Numbered from the stretch's first letter, positions 1 to 7,992 are shown. The stretch is 64,000 nucleotides of DNA from Bacteroidota bacterium (GCA_009786185.1 WQTS01000138.1:1652-65651); one strand, 5' to 3'. Notes: generated by a model not told the origin, from the sequence alone. Made by a program: numbers and translations.

Positions 1-232
1 TTCCACTTTGCCGTAACCCACAGGAAGTTCATACCATTTTAATATGCCAACTCTCGGTTTGCTCATTTTAACTAAAGCCACATGCACATTGGCTATGAGC
101 TACCCTACCTGTGCATGTTGCAAGTTTGGTTTTTAACGGTGCGCCTGTTTTCCTTTTTTGAGGCATTGCCTTAACTCGGCTTTTCTTTTATTTGGCATGT
201 TACGGTTAAAAAACAAAACTTGCCGGTTTTAG
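1..232 (-). ncRNA. Conserved structured 5' leader element, copy A (runs off the left edge; its downstream gene is outside the window)
   Basis: Near-identical to 3153-3425 and 4941-5215 (ttccactttgcc...caggaa...ctcatttt...cctgtgc...ttttaacggtgcgcctgttt...aaaacttgcc); TACTTTTG promoter motif at 239-246 on minus strand. Confidence 0.65.
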
Positions 233-238
233 TCGCTG

Positions 239-246
239 CAAAAGTA
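239..246 (-). promoter_or_regulatory. Bacteroidetes sigma-A -7 element (TACTTTTG) upstream of leader copy A
   Basis: caaaagta on + strand = TAnnTTTG on minus, directly upstream of the conserved leader. Confidence 0.6.
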
Positions 247-260
247 GTAAAAAATCAAAC

Positions 261-295
261 ATAAATCCGATTTTTTGCTACAATAAATCCGATTT
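261..295. promoter_or_regulatory. Tandem 13-bp direct repeat ATAAATCCGATTT, candidate operator
   Basis: Identical copies at 261-273 and 283-295 (22-bp period) between leader A promoter and the divergent HTH gene. Confidence 0.5.
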
Positions 296-346
296 AATCC
301 TACATCTTTTTCAACCATTTATTTATCAATAAATTAATTTTACAAA

Positions 347-682
347 ATGAAAAAAAACATCGGGAAAATTATTGAAAAGCACGTAAAAGCTAAAGAGGGC
401 TTGTCTGTTGCTAAATTTGCCAAGCTTATTGATAAAGACAGAAGCACGACTTATGATATCTTTACACGGCAAAGTATTGATACGGAACTGTTGGAAAAAA
501 TAGGACAGGTTTTGGAATATGATTTCTTTCAAGAATTGTTGCACCCTGAAACGATACAAAAAATCATTCTTAAGAATTCAATTGTAAATAAAATTTACGT
601 AGAATTGGATATCTCTGAAAAAGATATTGAAAGCCTTGGAATTAAAGATAAAATTGTGCAAATTATAAAAAAGGAAGAATAA
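347..682 (+). CDS. XRE/Cro-type helix-turn-helix transcriptional regulator
   Basis: NIGKIIEK...GLSVAKFAKLIDKDRSTTYDIFTRQSIDTELLEKIGQVLEYDFF matches the Bacteroidetes XRE pattern (SIDTELL..I...L.YDFF). Confidence 0.8.
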   Translation: MKKNIGKIIEKHVKAKEGLSVAKFAKLIDKDRSTTYDIFTRQSIDTELLEKIGQVLEYDFFQELLHPETIQKIILKNSIVNKIYVELDISEKDIESLGIKDKIVQIIKKEE

Positions 683-722
683 AAAGAGAAGAGATAAAAT
701 AGAAGTTGCTTGAGAAAAGCCT
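681..722 (+). repeat. 42-bp direct repeat, left copy
   Basis: aaaaagagaagagataaaatagaagttg(c/t)ttgagaaaagcct also at 1537-1578, 1 mismatch. Confidence 0.85.
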
Positions 723-790
723 CCTGTTTTGTGCAAAAAGCACCCATTTTAGAAAAAACAGCTTAACCCTTGACAAACGGTTTTTTGAAA

Positions 791-860
791 TATATATTTG
801 CGGCGCAATAAAAAACCTAATTTTCACCTAATCAAACAAGAAAACACCTTAGTAGCAATG
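791..860 (+). repeat. Left inverted repeat flanking the Y1 transposase; contains TATATTTG promoter motif
   Basis: 811-860 is the exact reverse complement of 1380-1429; imperfect extension out to 791/1448. Confidence 0.9.
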
Positions 861-901
861 AAATACGACTAACAAACTAATCTAATTACCTAATTTTTTT
901 T

Positions 902-1357
902 ATGCAAATCGAATACAACAATCTCTATATCCACTTCGTGTTTACAACCTTTAATAGAACTAAAATTATTCTTGAAAAACATCGTGAACGTATTGAAAAA
1001 TACATTACTGGAATTGTTAATAATAAAGGATGTCATTTGTATCGCATCTATGCTAATGCTGAACATATCCATTTTCTCGTTTCTCTTAATCCAAAAATTG
1101 ATACTGAAAGTTTAGCTACTATTGTTGCAGACAGTTCTGAAAGGTTTATTAATGAAAACAAATTATGTGCCGGATTTTTTAATTGGCAGCAGTCTTGTTC
1201 TGCATTTTCCGTGTCCAAAGGAGATGTAGAAAAAGTTTGTAAATATATTATGAATCAAAAAGAGCATCACCAATCTGCTGATTATGAACAAGAGCATGAA
1301 CAATTTCTAAAATTTTATCAACAGACAATTCAAATACAAAAAAAATCATGTAATTAG
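902..1357 (+). CDS. tnpA: IS200/IS605-family Y1 (HUH) transposase, TnpA/RAYT-like
   Basis: YIHFVFTT strand, HUH motif EHIHFL, FNWQ..SAFSVS, catalytic Tyr in KYIMNQKEHH. Confidence 0.85.
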   Translation: MQIEYNNLYIHFVFTTFNRTKIILEKHRERIEKYITGIVNNKGCHLYRIYANAEHIHFLVSLNPKIDTESLATIVADSSERFINENKLCAGFFNWQQSCSAFSVSKGDVEKVCKYIMNQKEHHQSADYEQEHEQFLKFYQQTIQIQKKSCN

Positions 1358-1379
1358 ATTAAATTTGTGCGTGTCATCC

Positions 1380-1448
1380 CATTGCTACTAAGGTGTTTTC
1401 TTGTTTGATTAGGTGAAAATTAGGTTTTTATTACGCTGCAAAGATATA
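1380..1448 (-). repeat. Right inverted repeat; TATCTTTG promoter motif points antisense into the transposase
   Basis: Reverse complement of 791-860; caaagata at 1439-1446. Confidence 0.9.
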
Positions 1449-1536
1449 CCGAGACACCCAACTCCGCAACACAATAAATTAATTAAATGAATATCAGAAA
1501 ATTATTTTTTTAGCCTAAAAAACCGCACAAAACAGA

Positions 1537-1578
1537 AAAAAGAGAAGAGATAAAATAGAAGTTGTTTGAGAAAAGCCT
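1537..1578 (+). repeat. 42-bp direct repeat, right copy
   Basis: Matches 681-722 with 1 mismatch. Confidence 0.85.
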
Positions 1579-1698
1579 TATTATTTTATTGCCCCGCAAG
1601 ATCATACGTGGAAAATATCGCGAAACAGAAGTTTTGCAGAGAAATTAATCATGCTAATCTTATTAATCTTGATAAAATCATGGTTCAGACAATCATAG

Positions 1699-2874
1699 TT
1701 AAGACAATAACAAACATTCATCCCACTCCGGCTCCATTTCATAATGATAGCTAAGTAGCGCCAAGCCAATGCCGGAGATACCGGTTAGTAATCCGTAATC
1801 ATTTACCCATACAAATTCGCCATCCTGCGTGTCAAAAGCTTTATAACCGGCCAAACCGTCTTCAAAAGTAGCCATTTCTAAGGTTTGGTTAAACCAATAA
1901 TCTGCTGCGTTTTTAAATTCAGGTAATTTGGTGTTCCACCACATCCGGTAAAAAATATGCCCCATGCCGGCAGCGCCGTGACATAATCCTGCATCAGAAA
2001 CAAAATTATCTGCCAAGTTTCTTCTATGTGAAGCAGCATATAATAATATTTCTGTTGCCTTGTTTATCCAGGCATTCTCTTTCAAAATCGCACCTGCCTG
2101 ATATAAGGCGGAAGCAATTCCTAAATCACCGTAGCACCAACTTAAACGACTCTTATAAATGGTTGGGGTACTTTCAAGTGCAAGGCTGGAAAAATAGCTA
2201 CCGTATTTATCTTTGTCAATTTCTTGGGCAAGTATATATTGTACGGTTCCCCGCAATAATGTTTCTATTTTTTCTTTATCCAACCCCTCAATTTTATATA
2301 GCTTTGATAAAATTGCTACAATGCTTGCCATGCCATGCGACAGAGAAGTATTGTATACCGGTACGTTAGTATCCCCAAAAGGAGATATCCATTTCAAAGC
2401 TCCGTCTTCTTGCGGGGTACTTATTTTTGTTAAATCTTCTAAAAATTGATTCAACACTGCAATTAATTCTTTTCTCTTGGCAACTCTTTTAGTAAAATAT
2501 AGCGCTACGCCTACGCCGCCATGCAAGAAATCATAAGCGTTTTCTTGCATTGTTTTTTTAATCGCTTTTTCCAGATAGTCATCAAAATCTTCTAGAAAGG
2601 CATTTGTATCATAATTAATTATTCCTCTTTGACTTAAATATTCATATAACCAGCCAATGCCTGCTAATCCGTCGCAATGGGTTGCCGAAAAAACTTCACC
2701 GGTTAGTTTTTCTCCCAAAACTTGATGTAGATATGACAGCCTGTCTTGTGATATTTTTTTGTACGAAAACAGTTCACTGCACAAAAGTATTTGCCCGCCA
2801 AGCCCTGTTAACATACCTATTTTAGGGGCAATTTCAGATTTTAGAGTTTGGGCGATCTCGTCAATCTTTTTCAT
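1699..2874 (-). CDS. lanC: Lanthionine synthetase C-like cyclase, paralog 1
   Basis: GLAGIGW, DFLHGGVG, SLSHG (catalytic His), WCYGDLG and LCHG (Zn ligands), GLLTG..GIGL, C-terminal WDECLLLS. Confidence 0.92.
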   Translation of the reverse strand: MKKIDEIAQTLKSEIAPKIGMLTGLGGQILLCSELFSYKKISQDRLSYLHQVLGEKLTGEVFSATHCDGLAGIGWLYEYLSQRGIINYDTNAFLEDFDDYLEKAIKKTMQENAYDFLHGGVGVALYFTKRVAKRKELIAVLNQFLEDLTKISTPQEDGALKWISPFGDTNVPVYNTSLSHGMASIVAILSKLYKIEGLDKEKIETLLRGTVQYILAQEIDKDKYGSYFSSLALESTPTIYKSRLSWCYGDLGIASALYQAGAILKENAWINKATEILLYAASHRRNLADNFVSDAGLCHGAAGMGHIFYRMWWNTKLPEFKNAADYWFNQTLEMATFEDGLAGYKAFDTQDGEFVWVNDYGLLTGISGIGLALLSYHYEMEPEWDECLLLS

Positions 2875-2903
2875 TTTATTATCCTTATGCTATGCAATAT
2901 TTC

Positions 2904-2943
2904 AAAAAAAATGATGTTGCTCAATTTTTTTGAGCAACATCAT
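2904..2943 (-). terminator. Intrinsic terminator between precursor and lanC-1
   Basis: 14-bp stem atgatgttgctcaa/ttgagcaacatcat followed on minus strand by a U-tract. Confidence 0.75.
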
Positions 2944-2952
2944 GAGAAGTAA

Positions 2953-3129
2953 TTAGTCCACTTTTGTTGGAACCGGCGGCATACAGGTTGGGTACTGTAT
3001 AAGCGTACATATTTTGCCTGTAGCAGGGCACTCTGCAGTAGCGTAAGTTGTCATACCACCATAAATTTTACCCGGCTCATCTAATTGAGCAATAGCTTGT
3101 TTGTTTAATTGTAATTTTTTCATAGACAT
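2953..3129 (-). CDS. lanA: Class I lanthipeptide-type precursor, 58 aa (not in ORF track)
   Basis: Manual translation MSMKKLQLNKQAIAQLDEPGKIYGG-MTTYATAECPATGKICTLIQYPTCMPPVPTKVD*; same leader as 4732-4917 and 7739-7963; core has 3 Cys, 7 Thr. Confidence 0.88.
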   Translation of the reverse strand: MSMKKLQLNKQAIAQLDEPGKIYGGMTTYATAECPATGKICTLIQYPTCMPPVPTKVD

Positions 3130-3152
3130 TTAATTTTAAAATATAAAACTCA

Positions 3153-3425
3153 TTTCCACTTTGCCTAAGCCCGCAGGAAGTTCATATCATTTTAATATGA
3201 CAACTCTCGGTTTCTCATTTTAATTAAAACTACTTGCATATCGGTTATGAGCTATCCTACCTGTGCAGGTTGCAAATTTAGCTTTTAACGGTGCGCCTGT
3301 TTCCTCTTTTTTGAGGCGTTGCCTTAGCTCGGCTTTTCTTTCATTGGCATGTTACGGTGTAGAAGCAAAACTTGCCTGTTTTAATTTGCCCAAATTTAAG
3401 CGCTTGGGCAAGTATTTGTTGCAAC
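3153..3425 (-). ncRNA. Conserved structured 5' leader element, copy B
   Basis: Lies between TATCTTTG promoter (3430-3437) and precursor start; several stems with compensatory changes relative to other copies. Confidence 0.7.
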
Positions 3426-3429
3426 GTGG

Positions 3430-3437
3430 CAAAGATA
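3430..3437 (-). promoter_or_regulatory. -7 promoter element TATCTTTG upstream of leader B
   Basis: caaagata on + strand matches the TAnnTTTG consensus on minus. Confidence 0.6.
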
Positions 3438-3458
3438 AGAAAATATATTAAATCACAG

Positions 3459-4637
3459 TTAAGACAGTAATAAACATTCATCCCATGTGGGATCCGTTTC
3501 ATAATAATAGGTAAATAGTGCTAAGCCGATGCCAATTATACCTTCTAACAACCCATAATTATTTATCCAAACTTCGTTCTTATCTTGTATGCTTAAAATT
3601 TTAAAGCCGGCTAAGCCATCTTCAAAAGTGGCTTTCTTTAAGGTTTGTTCAAACCAATAATCTGCGGCATCTTTAAATTCAGGCAATTTTGTATTCCACC
3701 ACATCCGATAAAAAATATGCCCTACGCCGGCAGTGCCATGACACAATGCTACATCTATAACATTATTTTCTTCTAAATTTCGTCTTTGGGTGGCGGCAAA
3801 TAAAAATATTTCTAAAGCTTTCTCTACCCAGGCGCTTTCTCGCAAAACTGTACCTGCCTGATATAAAGTGGAGGCAATGCCCAAATCGCCGTAGCACCAT
3901 GCCAATCTGCTTTTAGTAATGAAAGGCATGCTTTCTAATGCAAAACTGGTGAAGTAACTTCCATATTTGTCTTTATCAATTTCCTGTGCAAGAATATATT
4001 GTACAGCCCCTCGCAATAGCATTTCCGTTTTTTCTTTATCAATTCCTTCTATTTCATACAGTTTCGATAGTATAGAAATAATACTCGACATGCCATGCGA
4101 TAGTGCAATATTATACCCAGGCCCTGTTATATGTGTGGTCAAAAGAGAGCTCCATTTTATAGCTCCATCTTCTTGCTTGATACTTAATTTTTCTAAATCT
4201 TCTAAAAATTGATTTAATACGGCAACCAGCTCTTTTTTCTTCTTTACTCTTTTAGAAAAATAGAGTACAATGCCCACGCCGCCGTGCAGAAAATCATATT
4301 CGCCTTTTAACATGAAGTTTTTAAGCGCTTCTGCCAAACAGTCATCAAACGCTTCCAAAAGTATGTTAGTATCGTAGTCTATCATCTTTTTTTGGCTTAA
4401 ATATTCATATAACCAACCTATGCCCGCTAAGCCGGAAGCATGCGTAAAAGGAAGAACTTCTTCCGCTAATTTTTCTTCTAAAATATTGTGTAAATGCAAC
4501 AACCAATTTTGTGAGACTTTTTTGTGTTTAAACAATTCGCTGCAAATAAGAAGTTGCCCACCAAGCCCCGACAATAATTCCGTATCGGGTACTATTTCAG
4601 ATGTTAAAATCTGAGTTATCTCGTCTATTTTTTTCAT
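3459..4637 (-). CDS. lanC: Lanthionine synthetase C-like cyclase, paralog 2 (start reassigned to MKKIDEI)
   Basis: ALSHG, WCYGDLG, LCHG, WDECLLLS; start set by alignment to paralogs; the longer ORF extension runs into the terminator hairpin. Confidence 0.92.
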   Translation of the reverse strand: MKKIDEITQILTSEIVPDTELLSGLGGQLLICSELFKHKKVSQNWLLHLHNILEEKLAEEVLPFTHASGLAGIGWLYEYLSQKKMIDYDTNILLEAFDDCLAEALKNFMLKGEYDFLHGGVGIVLYFSKRVKKKKELVAVLNQFLEDLEKLSIKQEDGAIKWSSLLTTHITGPGYNIALSHGMSSIISILSKLYEIEGIDKEKTEMLLRGAVQYILAQEIDKDKYGSYFTSFALESMPFITKSRLAWCYGDLGIASTLYQAGTVLRESAWVEKALEIFLFAATQRRNLEENNVIDVALCHGTAGVGHIFYRMWWNTKLPEFKDAADYWFEQTLKKATFEDGLAGFKILSIQDKNEVWINNYGLLEGIIGIGLALFTYYYETDPTWDECLLLS

Positions 4638-4669
4638 TATTTTCTTAACATATACTACCATCATTACAG

Positions 4670-4720
4670 TAAAAATGAAAATTTGTCTTTTAGCACACAC
4701 TGTGTGCTAAAAGACAAATT
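4670..4720 (-). terminator. Long hairpin/terminator between precursor and lanC-2
   Basis: ~19-bp stem aatttgtcttttagcacac / gtgtgctaaaagacaaatt, U-rich tail on minus strand. Confidence 0.7.
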
Positions 4721-4731
4721 CCTTCTAAAAA

Positions 4732-4917
4732 TCAAACAGTACACCCTACTGTTTTCGTGGTTACTGGGATTACACAGCACGCAGGAGTGTCAGTTAGAGG
4801 ACATGGCTTATAACTTTGGTCTGAGGCTATTGTTTTATCAGTTCCTCCATAAATTCTACCCGGCTCATTCAACTGAGCAATCGTTTGTTTGTTTAATTGT
4901 AATTTTTTCATAGACAT
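4732..4917 (-). CDS. lanA: Class I lanthipeptide-type precursor, 61 aa
   Basis: LQLNKQTIAQL (LxLxKx5L) leader ending IYGG; core TDKTIASDQSYKPCPLTDTPACCVIPVTTKTVGCTV has 4 Cys, 8 Thr, 2 Ser. Confidence 0.88.
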   Translation of the reverse strand: MSMKKLQLNKQTIAQLNEPGRIYGGTDKTIASDQSYKPCPLTDTPACCVIPVTTKTVGCTV

Positions 4918-4940
4918 TTAATTTTAAAATACAAAACTTG

Positions 4941-5215
4941 TTTCCACTTTGCCGTAGCCCGCAGGAAATGCACATTGCTTTAATGTGACAACGCTCGGGT
5001 TGCTCATTTTAATCAAAACTACTTGCACATTGGCTATAAGCTATCCTACCTGTGCATGTTGCAAGTTTGGTTTTTAACGGTGCGCCTGTTTTCCTCTTTT
5101 TTGAGGCATTGCCTTAGCTCGGTTTTTCTTTTATTGGCATGTTACGGTTAAGAACAAAACTTGCCGGTTTTAATTTGCCCAAATTTAAGTGCTTGGGCAG
5201 GCACTTGTTGCAACG
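4941..5215 (-). ncRNA. Conserved structured 5' leader element, copy C
   Basis: Aligns over its full length with copy B; stems conserved, C(UACG)G tetraloop near the 3' end. Confidence 0.7.
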
Positions 5216-5254
5216 GAGTAAAATTAAGAAAATATATTTAATATTAAATCACAG

Positions 5255-6442
5255 TTAAGACAATAGCAAGCATTCATCCCAAGCAGGATCCATTTCATAG
5301 TAATAGGTAAGCATTGCCAAATTGATTCCGGCGATGCCTTCTAAAAATTCGTATTTGTTTATCCATCTTGGTTCTCCTTCCGGCATTTGCATTTCAAAGG
5401 CTTTAAAGCCGGCAACCCCATCTTTAAATGTAGCCATTTTTAATGTTTCTTGAAACCAATAATCTGCAGCATCTTTAAACTCAGGCAATTTTGTATTCCA
5501 CCACATACGATAAAAAATATGCCCAATGCCGGCAGTACCGTGACATAATCCTGCATCTTTAACCAAATCATCCTCTAAATTTTGTCTCATAGTAGCAGCA
5601 AATATGAATATTTCCAATGCTTTATCTATCCAAACATTTTCTCTTAGCGCTTTACCCGCCTGAAATAATACGGAAGCAATTCCTAAATCGCCGTAACACC
5701 ACGCTAAACGACTTTTACTAATATGGGAAGTGCTTTCTAATGCATAGTATGTGAAGTAACTACCATATTTATTTTTGTCAATCTCTTGGGCAAGGATATA
5801 TTGTACAGCTCCTCGTAACAATTTTTCTGTTTTTTCCTTATCAATTCCTTCTATTTTATACAGTTTTGACAGTATTGAAACAATACTCGACATACCATGC
5901 GATAAGGAGATATTATATACTTGATTATTAGTATGTCTGAGCAAAAAAGAGCGCCATTTTATGGCTTCATCTTCTTGTTTGATACTTATGTGTTCTAAAT
6001 CTTCTACAAACTGAGCCAGTACCGGTATAAGTTCCTTTTTCTTTGCAACTCTTTTGGTAAAATAGAGTACAACGCCTACCCCGCCATGTAAAAAATCGTA
6101 GTTATTTTCTAACATAAAGTTTTTTAGCGTTTTCTCAAGATAAATATCAGGATCTTCTAAAATAATATTTGTATCGTAATTAATTATTTTTCTTTGACTT
6201 AAATATTCATAAAGCCAGCCAATACCGGCTAAACCGCCACAATGGGTAAAAAGAAAATCTTCGTTAGATAGTTTTTCTTCCAAAATATTATGCAAGTGCG
6301 ATAACCAATCGTGCGATACTTTATTTTGTAAAAACAGTTCGCTGCAAGTGAGTATTTGTCCGCCAATTCCGGATAATAAGCCTAAACCGGAAATAGTTTC
6401 AGAGGCTAATATTTGGGTGAGTTCATCTATCTTTTTTTTCAT
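5255..6442 (-). CDS. lanC: Lanthionine synthetase C-like cyclase, paralog 3
   Basis: SLSHG, WCYGDLG, LCHG, WDECLLLS motifs. Confidence 0.92.
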   Translation of the reverse strand: MKKKIDELTQILASETISGLGLLSGIGGQILTCSELFLQNKVSHDWLSHLHNILEEKLSNEDFLFTHCGGLAGIGWLYEYLSQRKIINYDTNIILEDPDIYLEKTLKNFMLENNYDFLHGGVGVVLYFTKRVAKKKELIPVLAQFVEDLEHISIKQEDEAIKWRSFLLRHTNNQVYNISLSHGMSSIVSILSKLYKIEGIDKEKTEKLLRGAVQYILAQEIDKNKYGSYFTYYALESTSHISKSRLAWCYGDLGIASVLFQAGKALRENVWIDKALEIFIFAATMRQNLEDDLVKDAGLCHGTAGIGHIFYRMWWNTKLPEFKDAADYWFQETLKMATFKDGVAGFKAFEMQMPEGEPRWINKYEFLEGIAGINLAMLTYYYEMDPAWDECLLLS

Positions 6443-6501
6443 TGTTTAATTTTCAATTAAGTATTCTCTTAAGTCTATTAATTACGCAAATCGCTCTAAA
6501 A

Positions 6502-7527
6502 TCATGGTTCAGACAATACTAAGCGAAAACTAAAAATGTCGCTAACAACTGGTCCCATTCCACCAACGTATTCATGATGCCAACCCTCACGAGCCGAAAT
6601 ACGGCAGGTTACCGTAGAATAGAAGGCACCACCACCACGAACTATACGTGGAATAATATTTTCTATGGTGTACTGTGGATTTGTCTGCGGAACATTAGTA
6701 TAAATTCTGTACCACCCATCTAGGCACCACTCCTTTGCATTTCCACTCATATCGTAAATACCCAATTCATTTGGTTTTTTTGTTCCCACCGGATGGAGTT
6801 TCCTATTGCTATTATCACGATGCCAAGCCACTTCATCAACATTATTGCTGCCGCTGTATTTGTATCTCATACTTTGGTTGCCTCCACGTGCCGCATATTC
6901 CCACTCCGCTTCCGTAGGTAAACGATAGGCTTTACCGGTAGTTAGCCTCAATTCTCTAATAAATTTTTGTGCATCATCCCAACTCACTCCGTGAACTGGC
7001 ATATCATCTCCAAAATAAAAACTTGGATTGCTGCCCATAAGAGATATCCACTGTTTTTGTGTAATAGGATATATGGCTATTTTAAAACTACTTAATGTAA
7101 CCGGATGTGCCGGAAGTTCCTGCTCATAACATTCATCATCGCCATCATTGCAACCCATTATAAATGTTCCACCTTCAACCAGTACCATTTTTGGTTCGAT
7201 GGAAGGATCGTAAACTGTTACAATAGATCTAGCTGTTTTGTTTCCATCTTGAGTAGTAGCAGTAATTGTAGTTTTACCAAATGAAATGGCGGTTATTGTG
7301 CCGTTATGCACTGTTGCTACATTGTTATTGCTACTTTCCCAACTCACCTTTTTATTGGCAGCATTTTCAGGTAGTATAATGGCTGCTAAGATTTCCGTTT
7401 TTCCAATTCCACCAATGAATAAAGTGCTTGGTTCAAGTACAATACTTGTAACAGATTCTTTTTTACAAGAAACTGCAACAATCAACAACAACGCTGCAAT
7501 AAACAATCTTAAAATTGTGCTTTTCAT
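6502..7527 (-). CDS. Lipoprotein with Ig-like (Big_2) domain and FGE/SUMF1-type domain
   Basis: Lipobox AVS-C; Big_2 motif KVSWESSNNNVATV..GTITA...GKTTITATTQDG; FGE motifs RLPTEAEWEYAARGG, PNELGIYDMSGN..EW, RIVRGG, FRLV. Confidence 0.85.
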   Translation of the reverse strand: MKSTILRLFIAALLLIVAVSCKKESVTSIVLEPSTLFIGGIGKTEILAAIILPENAANKKVSWESSNNNVATVHNGTITAISFGKTTITATTQDGNKTARSIVTVYDPSIEPKMVLVEGGTFIMGCNDGDDECYEQELPAHPVTLSSFKIAIYPITQKQWISLMGSNPSFYFGDDMPVHGVSWDDAQKFIRELRLTTGKAYRLPTEAEWEYAARGGNQSMRYKYSGSNNVDEVAWHRDNSNRKLHPVGTKKPNELGIYDMSGNAKEWCLDGWYRIYTNVPQTNPQYTIENIIPRIVRGGGAFYSTVTCRISAREGWHHEYVGGMGPVVSDIFSFRLVLSEP

Positions 7528-7594
7528 GATAAATAGGGTTCATTGTGTTTTTATATTATTTAAAAAAATTGATCATAACTGTCTGGTTTTTAAA

Positions 7595-7693
7595 AACTCT
7601 GATAACTCTGATTGAGCGTGATAACCTTTAAAAAAGCATAAAAACAATGCATTAATAATTAGAGATCTGCTAAATCAGTATTATCAGAGTTCT
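7595..7693. repeat. Dispersed palindromic (REP/MITE-like) element, 'aactctgat' family
   Basis: Ends aactctgataactctgattgagc ... aatcagtattatcagagtt; related element at 22903-22996. Confidence 0.65.
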
Positions 7694-7738
7694 CATTGAT
7701 AGGCTATTAAACTAACCTCTTAATACAGTTTTAAGTAA

Positions 7739-7963
7739 TTACCGAGCAGCAGTCGGACATGCATAAGTAGGCCATTCACAGTAACAAGTACAATTTGTTT
7801 GGGCTGTTTCTATGCCACAGTAATTTTGGGTAGGCTTTACACACGCTGCTACTCCCCACACTTGCAGTACAGTTGTTTTATATCCATGAGCTTCACCTCC
7901 GTGAATTTTGTTCGGTTCGTTTAACCGCGCAATCGTTTGTTTGTTTAATTGTAATTTTTTCAT
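7739..7963 (-). CDS. lanA: Class I lanthipeptide-type precursor, 74 aa (start reassigned to MKKLQLN)
   Basis: MKKLQLNKQTIARLNEPNKIHGG leader; core EAHGYKTTVLQVWGVAACVKPTQNYCGIETAQTNCTCYCEWPTYACPTAAR has 6 Cys, 8 Thr. Confidence 0.88.
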   Translation of the reverse strand: MKKLQLNKQTIARLNEPNKIHGGEAHGYKTTVLQVWGVAACVKPTQNYCGIETAQTNCTCYCEWPTYACPTAAR

Positions 7964-7992
7964 AGTATTGATTTTAAAAAAATATACTCTAA

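Larger units (their letters stand above)
791..1448 (+). mobile_element. IS200/IS605- or RAYT-like element: Y1 transposase bounded by long inverted repeats
   Basis: HUH transposase CDS centred between 50-bp perfect inverted repeats. Confidence 0.6.

Noticed and set aside
3153-3425. Leader as cobalamin, TPP, c-di-GMP riboswitch or hammerhead/pistol/HDV ribozyme
   Set aside because: Only superficial similarity; I could not find the diagnostic cores or pseudoknots by eye. An Rfam scan is still needed
3263-3451. 62-aa plus-strand ORF over leader B
   Set aside because: Antisense to the leader and not called in copies A or C
4924-5007. uORF inside leader copy C (MSNPSVVTLKQCAFPAGYGKVETSFVF) as a conserved leader peptide
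   Set aside because: The ATG is conserved in all four copies, but copy B is frameshifted (8 codons) and copy D stops at TGA after 10 codons; the changes fit RNA pairing better than coding
6502-6660. Active diversity-generating retroelement
   Set aside because: No reverse transcriptase and no template repeat of this region in the window
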